64,000 nt of DNA from Nanobdellota archaeon (GTDB lineage Archaea > Nanobdellota > Nanobdellia > Pacearchaeales > GW2011-AR1), in NCBI GenBank assembly GCA_038045765.1, contig JBBSXN010000003.1:6497-70496 (forward strand), given 5' to 3'. Under the pieces are notes generated by a model. It saw nothing but the letters and a program-made list of their open reading frames with translations, made no database searches and had not been told where the DNA came from. The translations under genes and the position numbers were made by a program. How positions within the stretch are numbered: position 1 is the stretch's first letter; each line of letters begins with the position of its first letter. This document shows positions 41,879 to 50,821 of this stretch, piece after piece.

Positions 41879-44001
41879 TTTTTGGCTCCTAATATGGCTC
41901 TTAATCTTTTTGTTGATCCTATTGTGAAAACTCCAGTATCATTGGTGAATGTAATACTTCCAGCGTTTGTACTTGCATTTTCTAAAAATGTTCCTAATCT
42001 TTTTAAATCACTTGTAGGAATTTCTCTTAAAACTGTTGCTGTTTCAGTATTTGACAATTTTGTTTTTCCAAACCAGATAGGGATGATTGCGTCATTGTTT
42101 GTTGGTTGGTATGTATTACCTATTGCTCTTGCAAAAGATCTTAGTTCAGAGAAGGTGTCTACAAATCCATCACCATAATATGGAACTTCTTGTATGTTTT
42201 GTAATCTCTTTCCATCTTTACTAAATCTAGCTACAGATAAAGGTAATTCTAATGGAGATACACTAATTAGTTTATCTACAGTTTTTCCTTCTTGTACTCT
42301 TCTTTCTTCTGCAAGTCTAGCTGCTTCTTCTACTGCATGGTATTTACTAATTGTTCTGTTTGCATTTCCTAATTGTGCTTGTGTATCTGCTAATCTATCA
42401 TTTTTAGCTTTAAGGTCGGTATCTGCTATGTTTAGAAGATTTGTAGCTCGAGTGTATTTTCCTGTTAAGTTTGCTAATTGTGTTTTTGTTTCATTAAGTT
42501 TATGTGCAGTTTCTCCTTGAAGATGAGCCATTGCATTATATTTTCCAGTTGCTTCTCTTAGATTATTTACAGTATTTGTTAATGATGATGCTAAAGTATT
42601 ATTTTTATTTGTTGCTGTTGAGTAATCTCTTCTAAATTGATTTACTTCTCTTAATCTATCTTGTAATGTTGAATTAGCAACGGCAAGTTCTCTTGCTGAG
42701 GCAGTTAGGTTTGCAGATAAAGTTTTATTTCGCTCTAATGCATCAACATAATTTCTTGTTGTCGCTTCTAATGTTCCAGTTGTTCTTTGGAGTTTAGTAC
42801 CTGTTTCAACGTGAAGGTTCATTTCTCTTGCTAATTGTTCTTCTCTTTTTCTTGTTGATTCTTGTGCTTTTGTTAAATCTTTTTTTGCTGTTGATAGATA
42901 ACCTTTCAATTCAGCAACTTGATTTGTAGCATTTCCATAATCTCTCCTGACAGATGCTAATTGATTTGTAGCAGTGAAAAGATCATTTGATGCACTTAAA
43001 ATTTTTAAATTTGCAGAGCCTAATTTATTAGTCATTTCAACATTTCTTATTATTGAACTACCTAAATCTGCTTGGAGACCAGTTAACTTAACTTCAGCTT
43101 TGACAAGATCATTTGTGGCTAAAGAATGTTCTTTTGTTAAAGTCGCTAGATTATTTGAAGTTGTAGCTAAATCATTTGTAGCAAGATTATATTGAGTTGT
43201 TAAAGCAGCTAAATTAGTTGATAGATTATGAGAAGTATTTGTTGCATCAGCGTAATTTGTTTTTAATGTCATTAATTCACTCATTGTTGCATCATAATTT
43301 GAATGCAGGTTTGATACGGTATCACCTAGTCTATTTGTCTCTGATTGTAATTCTGCTTTTTCAGCTTGTAATTGCGCTATTAATTTACCTTTTGGATCTG
43401 GTCCAGGTTTACATGAAACACCTAATAATCCATACGCTGTAATTGCTGCTAATGTTCCAATTGCTGCTAATTTAGCTAAATTATTTCTAGTTCTTCCTAA
43501 AAAGCTAACTGGAGTTATATTTGCTGGTGTTGTACTTGGTGTGAAGTCTGCTGGCACTACTATAGTTTCTAAACCTTTAGCAGGTTGTCTTGTTTCCATA
43601 GTTTGTGGAGAAGGAGTAAATTTAACTTGAACTACATTTTCAGGTTGAGGATTAAGATATGATGTTTTTGCTTGAATATTATCTTTAAGTCCAGTTATAG
43701 CATCTTTAACAATTGAATAATTCTTTATCCTTCCTTTTTCTGCTTGATTTTGTAAGTAACTTTGAGAATTATTTAGTAATGATTGAGCATACTGTTTTTC
43801 TCCTGCAGTAAATGTATCTTGACCTTCTTTAAGAAGAGCTCCTATTTTAGCAATTCTTGTTTGGTGACTATATCCTCTATTAGTTGCTATGTCTCCAGCT
43901 TGTATTAATATCTCAGAATTAGATCCTAAATTTGCTCTAGAGTTTAAATAAAGATCATTTTGACTGTTTTTAAGACTTGTTTGAGGTGTTTTTCTTGCCA
44001 T
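41875..44001 (-). CDS. Large membrane-spanning coiled-coil protein (N-terminal domain, one TM, ~380-aa coiled coil, C-terminal globular domain)
   Basis: TM LAKLAAIGTLAAITAYGLLGV. Repetitive N/T/A/L-rich heptads (LATNDL twice; RDYGNATNQ / RDYSTATNK). Start set at ATG 44001, preceded by the SD-like GAGGTGAT (44012-44019; track start is GTG 44016). Overlaps the lipoprotein gene by 4 nt. Confidence 0.6.
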   Translation of the reverse strand: MARKTPQTSLKNSQNDLYLNSRANLGSNSEILIQAGDIATNRGYSHQTRIAKIGALLKEGQDTFTAGEKQYAQSLLNNSQSYLQNQAEKGRIKNYSIVKDAITGLKDNIQAKTSYLNPQPENVVQVKFTPSPQTMETRQPAKGLETIVVPADFTPSTTPANITPVSFLGRTRNNLAKLAAIGTLAAITAYGLLGVSCKPGPDPKGKLIAQLQAEKAELQSETNRLGDTVSNLHSNYDATMSELMTLKTNYADATNTSHNLSTNLAALTTQYNLATNDLATTSNNLATLTKEHSLATNDLVKAEVKLTGLQADLGSSIIRNVEMTNKLGSANLKILSASNDLFTATNQLASVRRDYGNATNQVAELKGYLSTAKKDLTKAQESTRKREEQLAREMNLHVETGTKLQRTTGTLEATTRNYVDALERNKTLSANLTASARELAVANSTLQDRLREVNQFRRDYSTATNKNNTLASSLTNTVNNLREATGKYNAMAHLQGETAHKLNETKTQLANLTGKYTRATNLLNIADTDLKAKNDRLADTQAQLGNANRTISKYHAVEEAARLAEERRVQEGKTVDKLISVSPLELPLSVARFSKDGKRLQNIQEVPYYGDGFVDTFSELRSFARAIGNTYQPTNNDAIIPIWFGKTKLSNTETATVLREIPTSDLKRLGTFLENASTNAGSITFTNDTGVFTIGSTKRLRAILGAKK

Positions 44002-44150
44002 TTTTTGTTTTATCACCTCTAAACTCTTACTTTACCTTGCGTTTTTCGATTATATAAAGGTTTCTAGTGTTGTCATTTTAAAGAAGTTATAATATTTTCA
44101 AAATTTTTCGTTCATAAACTTTAAAAAGAAGACTTTTATTATTATATAGA

Positions 44151-44570
44151 ATGAATAAAAATTTAATTTGGAGTATTATTATTGTTTTCATTTTATTAGT
44201 ATTTGGATTTTATTATTTTAATGATATTGAAAGTGGTGTTGTTTCAAATAATGATGAAGGTAGTGACTTAGCTAGTTCTGGTTCTGGAGCAGTAATTCAA
44301 GCTGATGGAAATACAAAAGTTATTTCTATTTCTGCTCAGAAGTATGATTATACTCCTGGAACAATAACTGTTAAGAAAGGAGATCATGTGAGAATGGTAT
44401 TAGTTAATAAGGATACACAGCATGGAATTGTAATTCCTGGTTTCAATGTTAAGGGAATGGATTCAGTTGAGTTTACTGCTGATAAAGCTGGAACTTTTGA
44501 ATTTCGTTGTCCTACTTTCTGTGGTTCAGGACATAGGGAAATGAAAGGAACTTTAATTGTAGAGGAATGA
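44151..44570 (+). CDS. Membrane-anchored cupredoxin with CuA-type Cys-x3-Cys-x3-His-x2-Met motif
   Basis: N-terminal TM; QHGIVIPGF; EFRCPTFCGSGHREMKGTL has the same spacing as the CoxII CuA site C-x-E-x-C-G-x2-H-x2-M. Confidence 0.6.
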   Translation: MNKNLIWSIIIVFILLVFGFYYFNDIESGVVSNNDEGSDLASSGSGAVIQADGNTKVISISAQKYDYTPGTITVKKGDHVRMVLVNKDTQHGIVIPGFNVKGMDSVEFTADKAGTFEFRCPTFCGSGHREMKGTLIVEE

Positions 44571-44950
44571 TGCTAAATCTTAAAAAATATGCACCAATAA
44601 CCGTTAGAATTGGTATTTCTTTAGTTTTTTTGTGGTTTGGCTTTCAACAATTGTTGAATCCAGGAGATTGGACTGCTTGGTTACCTTCTTTTACTAGTTT
44701 TTTACCATTTAAAGCAGTTACTTTAATTGTTATTAGTGGTTTATTTGAATCTATTCTCGGATTATTTTTGATTTTAGGAATTTTCACTAGACTTTCGTCA
44801 GCATTATTAATTTTGCATCTCATAGGCATAATATTTAGTGTAGGATATAATGAGATTGCTGTGAGGGATTTTGGTCTGCTTATGGCTTTATTATCTGTAT
44901 TTTTTAATGGAGAGGATGAATGGTGTTTGGATAAGGCTAAAGAGCAATAA
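44567..44950 (+). CDS. DoxX-family membrane protein
   Basis: RIGISLVFLWFGFQQL; four helices; overlaps the cupredoxin gene by 4 nt. Confidence 0.6.
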   Translation: MMLNLKKYAPITVRIGISLVFLWFGFQQLLNPGDWTAWLPSFTSFLPFKAVTLIVISGLFESILGLFLILGIFTRLSSALLILHLIGIIFSVGYNEIAVRDFGLLMALLSVFFNGEDEWCLDKAKEQ

Positions 44951-44988
44951 ATGATTAATTCTTTAAAGGTAGTTTTTGTCTTATATCT

Positions 44989-45795
44989 ATGAGAACAGCA
45001 GGACCACCAGAGATACACAATAGGCATAAGATTTCTTTTCCAGCTCAGGTAAAGAACATAATTAGAATTTCAGATATTGTTCTTGAGATAGTTGATGCGA
45101 GATATATTACTGAGTCAAGAATACCTGAATTGGAGGAAATCATTAAAGAACAGGAAAAAATGCTTGTTCATGTCGTTACTAAAATAGATTTAGTGGATGT
45201 TAAGAAGTTGAAAGAAAGTGAACAAGCTAAAGACTTGTCTAATCCCGTCTTCATTTCTTGCAAGACTAAAGAAGGTATAAAGAACTTAAGAGAAAGGATA
45301 CATATTCTAGCTAAAAAATTTAAAGATCGTGAAAGAGTGCATATCGGCGTTATTGGATATCCTAATACTGGAAAAAGTAGTGTTATAAGTATATTAGCGA
45401 GAAGAGCAGCTGCACCTGTTTCTTCCCAGTCAGGTTTTACTAAGAGCATGAGCAAGATTAGATTTTCAAAAGGAATTCTTTTGCTAGATGGACCGGGAGT
45501 AGTTCCTACAAAAGAAAATTTATTTGGAGATCAAGATTTAAAGAAACATGCTCTTCTTGGTGTGCATGTTCCTGAGAGTGTGAGAAATCCTGATTTAATT
45601 GTTTTTGAATTAATGAAAATGAATCCAGGCAGACTTGAAAAGCATTATGATATAGAATCTGAAGGAGATGTAGAAAAGCTTCTTCAACTTCTTGGAGAGA
45701 GATGGATTATCTTAAAGAAGAAAGGTGAAGTTGACAGTGATAAAACAGCAAGAAGAATTCTAAAAGACTGGCATACTGGCAAGATAAAAGGTTGA
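44989..45795 (+). CDS. Circularly permuted GTPase (YlqF/RbgA/Nug-like ribosome-biogenesis GTPase)
   Basis: G4 (VTKIDL) precedes G1 (GYPNTGKSSVI) and G3 (DGPGV). Confidence 0.7.
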   Translation: MRTAGPPEIHNRHKISFPAQVKNIIRISDIVLEIVDARYITESRIPELEEIIKEQEKMLVHVVTKIDLVDVKKLKESEQAKDLSNPVFISCKTKEGIKNLRERIHILAKKFKDRERVHIGVIGYPNTGKSSVISILARRAAAPVSSQSGFTKSMSKIRFSKGILLLDGPGVVPTKENLFGDQDLKKHALLGVHVPESVRNPDLIVFELMKMNPGRLEKHYDIESEGDVEKLLQLLGERWIILKKKGEVDSDKTARRILKDWHTGKIKG

Positions 45796-45825
45796 TTTAA
45801 ATAGTATAATTTTTAGATTTTTCTT

Positions 45826-46335
45826 ATGAGTGCAAGGAAAAATACTGCTGTTGTTGTGGTTGATATGCAAGAGAGATTTCTTTCAATGTTAGATAAATTA
45901 ACAAGGAGACAATTAGTACATAATCATCTTGAAGTTTTAGATTATTGTAGAGAAAATGATGTACCAGTTGTAGGAATTAGACATGATATTGTTGCTTTTG
46001 GGAAAGAATATGTTTATGCAATAGAAAATAAAATAGCCGAAGTCTCTAGAAATAGATATTTTTGGAAAGATAAAAATGATGGATTTTCTAATCTTAAATT
46101 GCAGGAGTATTTATCTTCTTTAGGAATAGAAAGATTATGTTTGATGGGAGTTTTTGCTTCTCGTTGTGTTATTAGCACTGGACAAGGAGCACTTAATAAT
46201 GGTTTTAAGATTGCTACTTCCAGAGATTTGATTACAGATAGTAATTATTCTCAAGCCTTATTAGCAAGTTTTGATTGGTTTAATGCTAATGGGACTTTAT
46301 TTGACAGATATCAAGATATGCTTAGAACTCTTTAG
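45826..46335 (+). CDS. Isochorismatase-family cysteine hydrolase
   Basis: AVVVVDMQERF; GVFASRCVISTGQGALNNGFKI (catalytic Cys context). TTTAAATA at 45796. Confidence 0.7.
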   Translation: MSARKNTAVVVVDMQERFLSMLDKLTRRQLVHNHLEVLDYCRENDVPVVGIRHDIVAFGKEYVYAIENKIAEVSRNRYFWKDKNDGFSNLKLQEYLSSLGIERLCLMGVFASRCVISTGQGALNNGFKIATSRDLITDSNYSQALLASFDWFNANGTLFDRYQDMLRTL

Positions 46336-46392
46336 TTTTACCATTATCAAAAGACAGTGAAGGTATAAATACTACCTTGTATTATATTAATT

Positions 46393-46608
46393 AAGGTGAT
46401 TGACTTTATCATCTTAATCCCTGCAGATAGTACTACAGATAAATCAACAAGTTTAAGGATTTGTTAATGTCTCTGTAAGCACAGAAACACGGAAGAGAGA
46501 AGAAGGGAAAAATTACACGATATTGAAGGGTGGGCAAAAGGCGAAAGCCGAGCCGAGAGGCGAAACCTGCTTATTTCAAGAGGTCGTGTAATTTATTTTT
46601 TTTATTTT
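46393..46608 (+). ncRNA. Candidate ~210-nt structured RNA with a GNRA-capped multi-helix 3' domain and a T-run
   Basis: TATAAATA at 46364 predicts a start near 46393. A 10-bp closing helix aattacacga/tcgtgtaatt (46511-46520 / 46584-46593) encloses ttgaa/ttcaa, ggc-GAAA-gcc and agg-cGAAA-cct. TATTTTTTTTATTTT follows. Confidence 0.4.
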
Positions 46609-46658
46609 GAAATATAAACATTTAAGTATAAATGTTTACTGATGATTAAAAGAGGAAA

Positions 46659-47357
46659 ATGGCTACTTTAAATTTGGTTTGGGATTACATTGTTCATTAT
46701 CTTAGTCTTACTTTAGATTCTGATGTTTTATGGGAAATTTCACCTATGATAATTGCCACCGTATTGACTATAGCTTATTTTCAAAGGTATGATAACGAAA
46801 AGCCTGGGTGGGAGAGTTATTATTCAACTTCCATTGTTCTTCTTTTTGTCTCGCTTTCTTTGCTTAGATATGTCTATAACATAAATGATGCAGGAGCTTA
46901 CAATTTTATAGAATATCAGGCTAAAAGTCTTGCTGCCGTTTTTATATTATTTTTAGGATTTGTTCTGATTAAGTTTAATTTTGAGCATTTACTTCCTGAA
47001 AGATATGCATTATATGTGAGCTCTCCATTAACTATTCACTTAATTGCATTTGCAGTTATTTTATTTGTTCATTCAGATAGAACTTTAACTTGGGTTGGTT
47101 TTTTATCTTTGGTTATAATTGTTGCAGTTTTATCCTTAATATTAAATTCAATAAAATTCCCATTGCATAAGATGTTTGTTTTCATGAAAAAGGAAAAGGA
47201 AAAAGAAGAGATAAAGAGTGTTAAGGAAGTTAAGTTTGAAATTGATGAACTTAGAAGAAAGATAGCAGAAAAGAAAAGAAATCTTAAATTTGTAAAAAAG
47301 GTTGATGTTGATAAGCCTAGATCCATTGCTAAGAAGATAAAGAAACTTTTGAGATAA
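46659..47357 (+). CDS. Membrane protein with Lys/Glu-rich coiled-coil tail
   Basis: About 5 TM helices, then KKEKEKEEIKSVKEVKFEIDELRRKIAEKKR. SD-like AGAGGA upstream. Confidence 0.5.
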   Translation: MATLNLVWDYIVHYLSLTLDSDVLWEISPMIIATVLTIAYFQRYDNEKPGWESYYSTSIVLLFVSLSLLRYVYNINDAGAYNFIEYQAKSLAAVFILFLGFVLIKFNFEHLLPERYALYVSSPLTIHLIAFAVILFVHSDRTLTWVGFLSLVIIVAVLSLILNSIKFPLHKMFVFMKKEKEKEEIKSVKEVKFEIDELRRKIAEKKRNLKFVKKVDVDKPRSIAKKIKKLLR

Positions 47358-47492
47358 TCAGATTAATTTAGTTATATTTTATCTTATTAAATATTGATAA
47401 AAAGTTGTTATCTATAATACGATATTAATGTTGTTGTATAAGTTAATAATATTTTTTATTTTTAATTCCAGCTATTTTGTAAATTTCATTCA

Positions 47493-48890
47493 TTAGATTT
47501 TTTCCAGCTTTGTTCCTTCGGAAGAGTCTATTAATTTAAATCCTTTTTCTTCTATTCTCTTCCTGAATAAGTCTGCTTCTTCCCACATCTTAGCTTGTCT
47601 AAGCTTTTCTCTTTCACTTGCAAGGTCTTTTATTTCTTTAGGAATGGTGAGTTTTTCTTCTTTCATCTCTTTAATGTCTAAACCTAAGACTTTATCAAAT
47701 TCTTCAAGGAGTTTTATCTTTTTCTTTGAATCAAAGTCTAAATCATCTAGAGCCGTATGGAATATTTGTAATGCATTTGGTATGTTTAAGTCTGAATGAA
47801 TTGCTTTATTGAAAGATGATTGGTATTTTTCTGTTTCATCTTTCCCTTTGTAATGGTTTTGCTTTAGGCTTATTATTTTCTTTTTTATATTTTCATATCC
47901 ATTTTTAGATGCATCTAATGCCTCTAATGAGAAGTTCAAGGGTTTTTTGTAGTGTGTTTGAAGGCAGAGATATCTATAATGTAATGGATTGTAACCTAGA
48001 TCTTCTAATTCTTTTATAGTGTATAGGCCTCCTGATGATTTTGATACTTTGTCTCCATTAAATAGAAGGAATGCTCCGTGAAGCCAGTAATTTACAAATT
48101 TCTTTCCTGTTGCTGCTTCGCTTTGTGCTATTTCATTAGTGTGATGGATTGGAATATGGTCTTGGCCTCCAGTATGGATATCAAAATGATTTCCTAGATA
48201 TTTCATACTCATAGCTGAGCATTCTATGTGCCAGCCAGGGAAACCAACACCCCAAGGAGAAGGCCATTCTTGCTGTCTTTTTTCATTTTCTTTTGAGAAT
48301 TTCCATAAAGCAAAGTCCGTTTTGCTCTTTTTATCTCCAATTTGAATTCTTTTTCCTGCTTTTAATTCTTTAATGTTTAAATTTGCTAATTTACCATAAT
48401 CTTTTAATTTCAAAGTGTTAAAATAAATTCCATCACTCGTTTTGTAAGTAAATCCCTTTTTTTCAAGAGTTTTTATTAATTCTATCTGTTCTTTTATGTG
48501 TGAAGTAGCTTTTGTCCATTTGCTTGATTCTAAAATGTTTAATTTTTTTAAATCCTGGTGAAAGACAGAAAAGTAGTGATCTGCAATTTCTTTTGCTGAC
48601 TTGTTTTCTTTTTTTGATGCATTTTCCATTTTATCTTCACCTTGGTCTGCATCATCAGTCAAGTGTCCAACATCTGTTATGTTGATTATCTGCTTTACTT
48701 TATATCCTGCATATAGGAGCATTCTTTTCAATAGGTCTGAGAAAATGTATGTTCTCATGTTTCCTATTGTGGCATACCAGTAAACTGTTGGACCACAAGT
48801 ATACATTTTAATTTCTTTTGGATTAATTGGCTTGAAGACTTCCTCTTTTTTTGATAATGTATTGTATAGATAGATAGACTCTTTTTTCAT
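47493..48890 (-). CDS. cysS: Cysteinyl-tRNA synthetase
   Basis: MYTCGPTVYWYATIGNMRTY; FPGWHIECSAM; KVSKSSG (KMSKS-like). 465 aa. Confidence 0.9.
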   Translation of the reverse strand: MKKESIYLYNTLSKKEEVFKPINPKEIKMYTCGPTVYWYATIGNMRTYIFSDLLKRMLLYAGYKVKQIINITDVGHLTDDADQGEDKMENASKKENKSAKEIADHYFSVFHQDLKKLNILESSKWTKATSHIKEQIELIKTLEKKGFTYKTSDGIYFNTLKLKDYGKLANLNIKELKAGKRIQIGDKKSKTDFALWKFSKENEKRQQEWPSPWGVGFPGWHIECSAMSMKYLGNHFDIHTGGQDHIPIHHTNEIAQSEAATGKKFVNYWLHGAFLLFNGDKVSKSSGGLYTIKELEDLGYNPLHYRYLCLQTHYKKPLNFSLEALDASKNGYENIKKKIISLKQNHYKGKDETEKYQSSFNKAIHSDLNIPNALQIFHTALDDLDFDSKKKIKLLEEFDKVLGLDIKEMKEEKLTIPKEIKDLASEREKLRQAKMWEEADLFRKRIEEKGFKLIDSSEGTKLEKI

Positions 48891-48964
48891 ATATTAATTA
48901 GTATATTCAGTATTTTAAGGGTTTCCATGCCAAGGTTTTTAAGCTTGTTTTTTAGGGTAATTTT

Positions 48965-49258
48965 ATGGAAAGCGACAAGAGTTTAGTAAGTTTATTAGCT
49001 GAGAGTTTAGTTGGAACCATTTCTAAGGGCAAACCTATGAATAAAAAAAGTAGAGATAGGTTTTATTCTATTACTGGACAACTTTCAGATACTATTAGAA
49101 GGCAGCATGGATCTGTTGATTTTCCTACTAGATTATCAAGATATATAGGCCAGAGAGCTATGCTAACCGGTATGAAAGATAATGAATTTATTGATGCTGT
49201 TTGTAAGTCTGAAGATTTGAGAAGCTGGGAAAATTTAATGTTTTATAATTACGTTTAA
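48965..49258 (+). CDS. Hypothetical protein
   Basis: 97-aa ORF with a promoter-like TTTTAAGC about 28 nt upstream; no recognisable motif. Confidence 0.4.
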   Translation: MESDKSLVSLLAESLVGTISKGKPMNKKSRDRFYSITGQLSDTIRRQHGSVDFPTRLSRYIGQRAMLTGMKDNEFIDAVCKSEDLRSWENLMFYNYV

Positions 49259-49361
49259 ACCACAGGTTTAAATAGCCAGATTTTGATTGTTATTTATTCA
49301 ACGTGTATAAGAAATAGCTCAAAGAGACTATTTCTTGTTTGGCATTGATTACATAATTTAA

Positions 49362-50744
49362 ATGGAAAGTTTTACAAAACTTGGCCTATCAGAGAAGCTT
49401 GCGAAGGCATTGTCTGAATTTGGCTTTGAACAACCTAGAGAAATTCAAGAGAAGACAATTCCTTTAGCTATGGCTGGGAAAGATATTATTGGTGGAAGCG
49501 CAACGGGAAGTGGAAAGACGCTTGCTTTTGGTGCAAGTATAATTGAGAAAACAATTAAAGGGAAAGGCGTCCAAGCATTGATTCTTACTCCTACTAGAGA
49601 ATTAGCTGAACAGGTTGCAGATTCTTTGATTAAATTTTCAAGATATTATAACTTGGAGATATGCACAGTTTATGGTGGTGTAAGTATTGAACCTCAAATG
49701 AGATATTTGAGATATGCCGATGTTGTTGTTGGAACTCCTGGAAGAATATTAGATCATTTAGAAAGAAGAACTCTTGATTTGAGTAAGGTTAAGACTTTGG
49801 TTTTAGATGAAGCTGATAGAATGTTAGATATGGGTTTTATAGATGATGTAGTTAAGATAATTGAAAGCTGTCCTAAAGAAAGACAAACAATGTTATTTTC
49901 TGCAACTATAAGTAGAGATATTGAACTTATTGCTAAAAAATATATGAAGAAGCCTGAGTCTATTGAACTTGAAAGCTATGTTGATCCTAGCAAATTAAAA
50001 CAGGTCTATTATGATGCTTCACAAGATGTGAAGTTCTCTTTGCTTTTACATTTACTTAAGCATGAGCATCCTGGATTGATTATGATATTCTGTAATACTC
50101 AGAGAAATACTGATTTTATTGCTGATAATTTAGCTAGATATAGCATTGATGCTACAGCGATTCATGGAGGATTGTCACAAGCTAAGAGGACGAGAGTTAT
50201 GGATAACTTTAGAAATAATCAAGTAAGTGTATTGGTTTGCACTGATGTTGCTGCTAGAGGATTAGATATAAAGAATGTAAGTCATGTTTACAATTACGAT
50301 ATGCCTAATTCAAGTAAAGAGTATGTCCATAGAATTGGAAGAACTGCTAGAGCTGGAAAAGATGGTATAGCTATCAATTTAGTTTCTCCTAGAGATTATG
50401 ATAACTTTAGAAGTATTCTTAGAAATCCAGAATTACAGATTGAACAAATGCCAATACCAGAAGTAGAGAAGGTATTTGTTAATTTTAACAGTCCTGGTAG
50501 AGAGAGAAGCTTTAGGCCAAGAATGAGAAGTTCTGGAAATGGAAGAAGCTTTGGAGATAGAAGTGAAGGCTCAGGAGAAAGTAGAGGTGGCTATAGAGGA
50601 GGTGGAGAAAGAGGAGGAAGCAGAGGCGGTGGAGGATATCGTGGAGGGGGCGGTGGCGGAGGATATAGGGGTGGTTCAAGATCAAGACATGGAAGGTCAA
50701 ATGAAGATACTCAAAGGCCTAGTTACAGTAGAAGAAGATTTTAA
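49362..50744 (+). CDS. DEAD-box RNA helicase with C-terminal RGG/YRGG low-complexity tail
   Basis: Q-motif region F...GFEQPREIQ; GSATGSGKT; PTRELA; VLDEADRML; SAT; HRIGRTARAG. Tail GGYRGGGERGGSRGGGGYRGGGGGGGYRGGSRSR. Confidence 0.9.
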   Translation: MESFTKLGLSEKLAKALSEFGFEQPREIQEKTIPLAMAGKDIIGGSATGSGKTLAFGASIIEKTIKGKGVQALILTPTRELAEQVADSLIKFSRYYNLEICTVYGGVSIEPQMRYLRYADVVVGTPGRILDHLERRTLDLSKVKTLVLDEADRMLDMGFIDDVVKIIESCPKERQTMLFSATISRDIELIAKKYMKKPESIELESYVDPSKLKQVYYDASQDVKFSLLLHLLKHEHPGLIMIFCNTQRNTDFIADNLARYSIDATAIHGGLSQAKRTRVMDNFRNNQVSVLVCTDVAARGLDIKNVSHVYNYDMPNSSKEYVHRIGRTARAGKDGIAINLVSPRDYDNFRSILRNPELQIEQMPIPEVEKVFVNFNSPGRERSFRPRMRSSGNGRSFGDRSEGSGESRGGYRGGGERGGSRGGGGYRGGGGGGGYRGGSRSRHGRSNEDTQRPSYSRRRF

Positions 50745-50821
50745 GTAATAATCGATTTATGTTACTCTTTAATAGTGATACTAAAAGAAAGGTTTAAATA
50801 GGTATATTTTTTATTTGTTTT

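Noticed and set aside
46393-46608. Identification of the 46.4-kb RNA candidate as RNase P RNA, SRP RNA or a c-di-GMP/GEMM-like riboswitch.
   Set aside because: Only fragmentary resemblances exist (ACAGAAAC versus CR-V; GGGCAAA plus GAAA loops versus GEMM-I). There is no CR-I GAGGAAAGUCC, no SRP helix-8 AGCA/GGAA signature, the element order is wrong, and c-di-GMP signalling is not expected in archaea.
50539-50748. Alternative-frame ORFs across the RGG tail of the helicase gene (50539..50748 + and 50512..50700 -).
   Set aside because: They are frame shadows of the repetitive GGN/AGA codons; the helicase frame is continuous with conserved motifs upstream.
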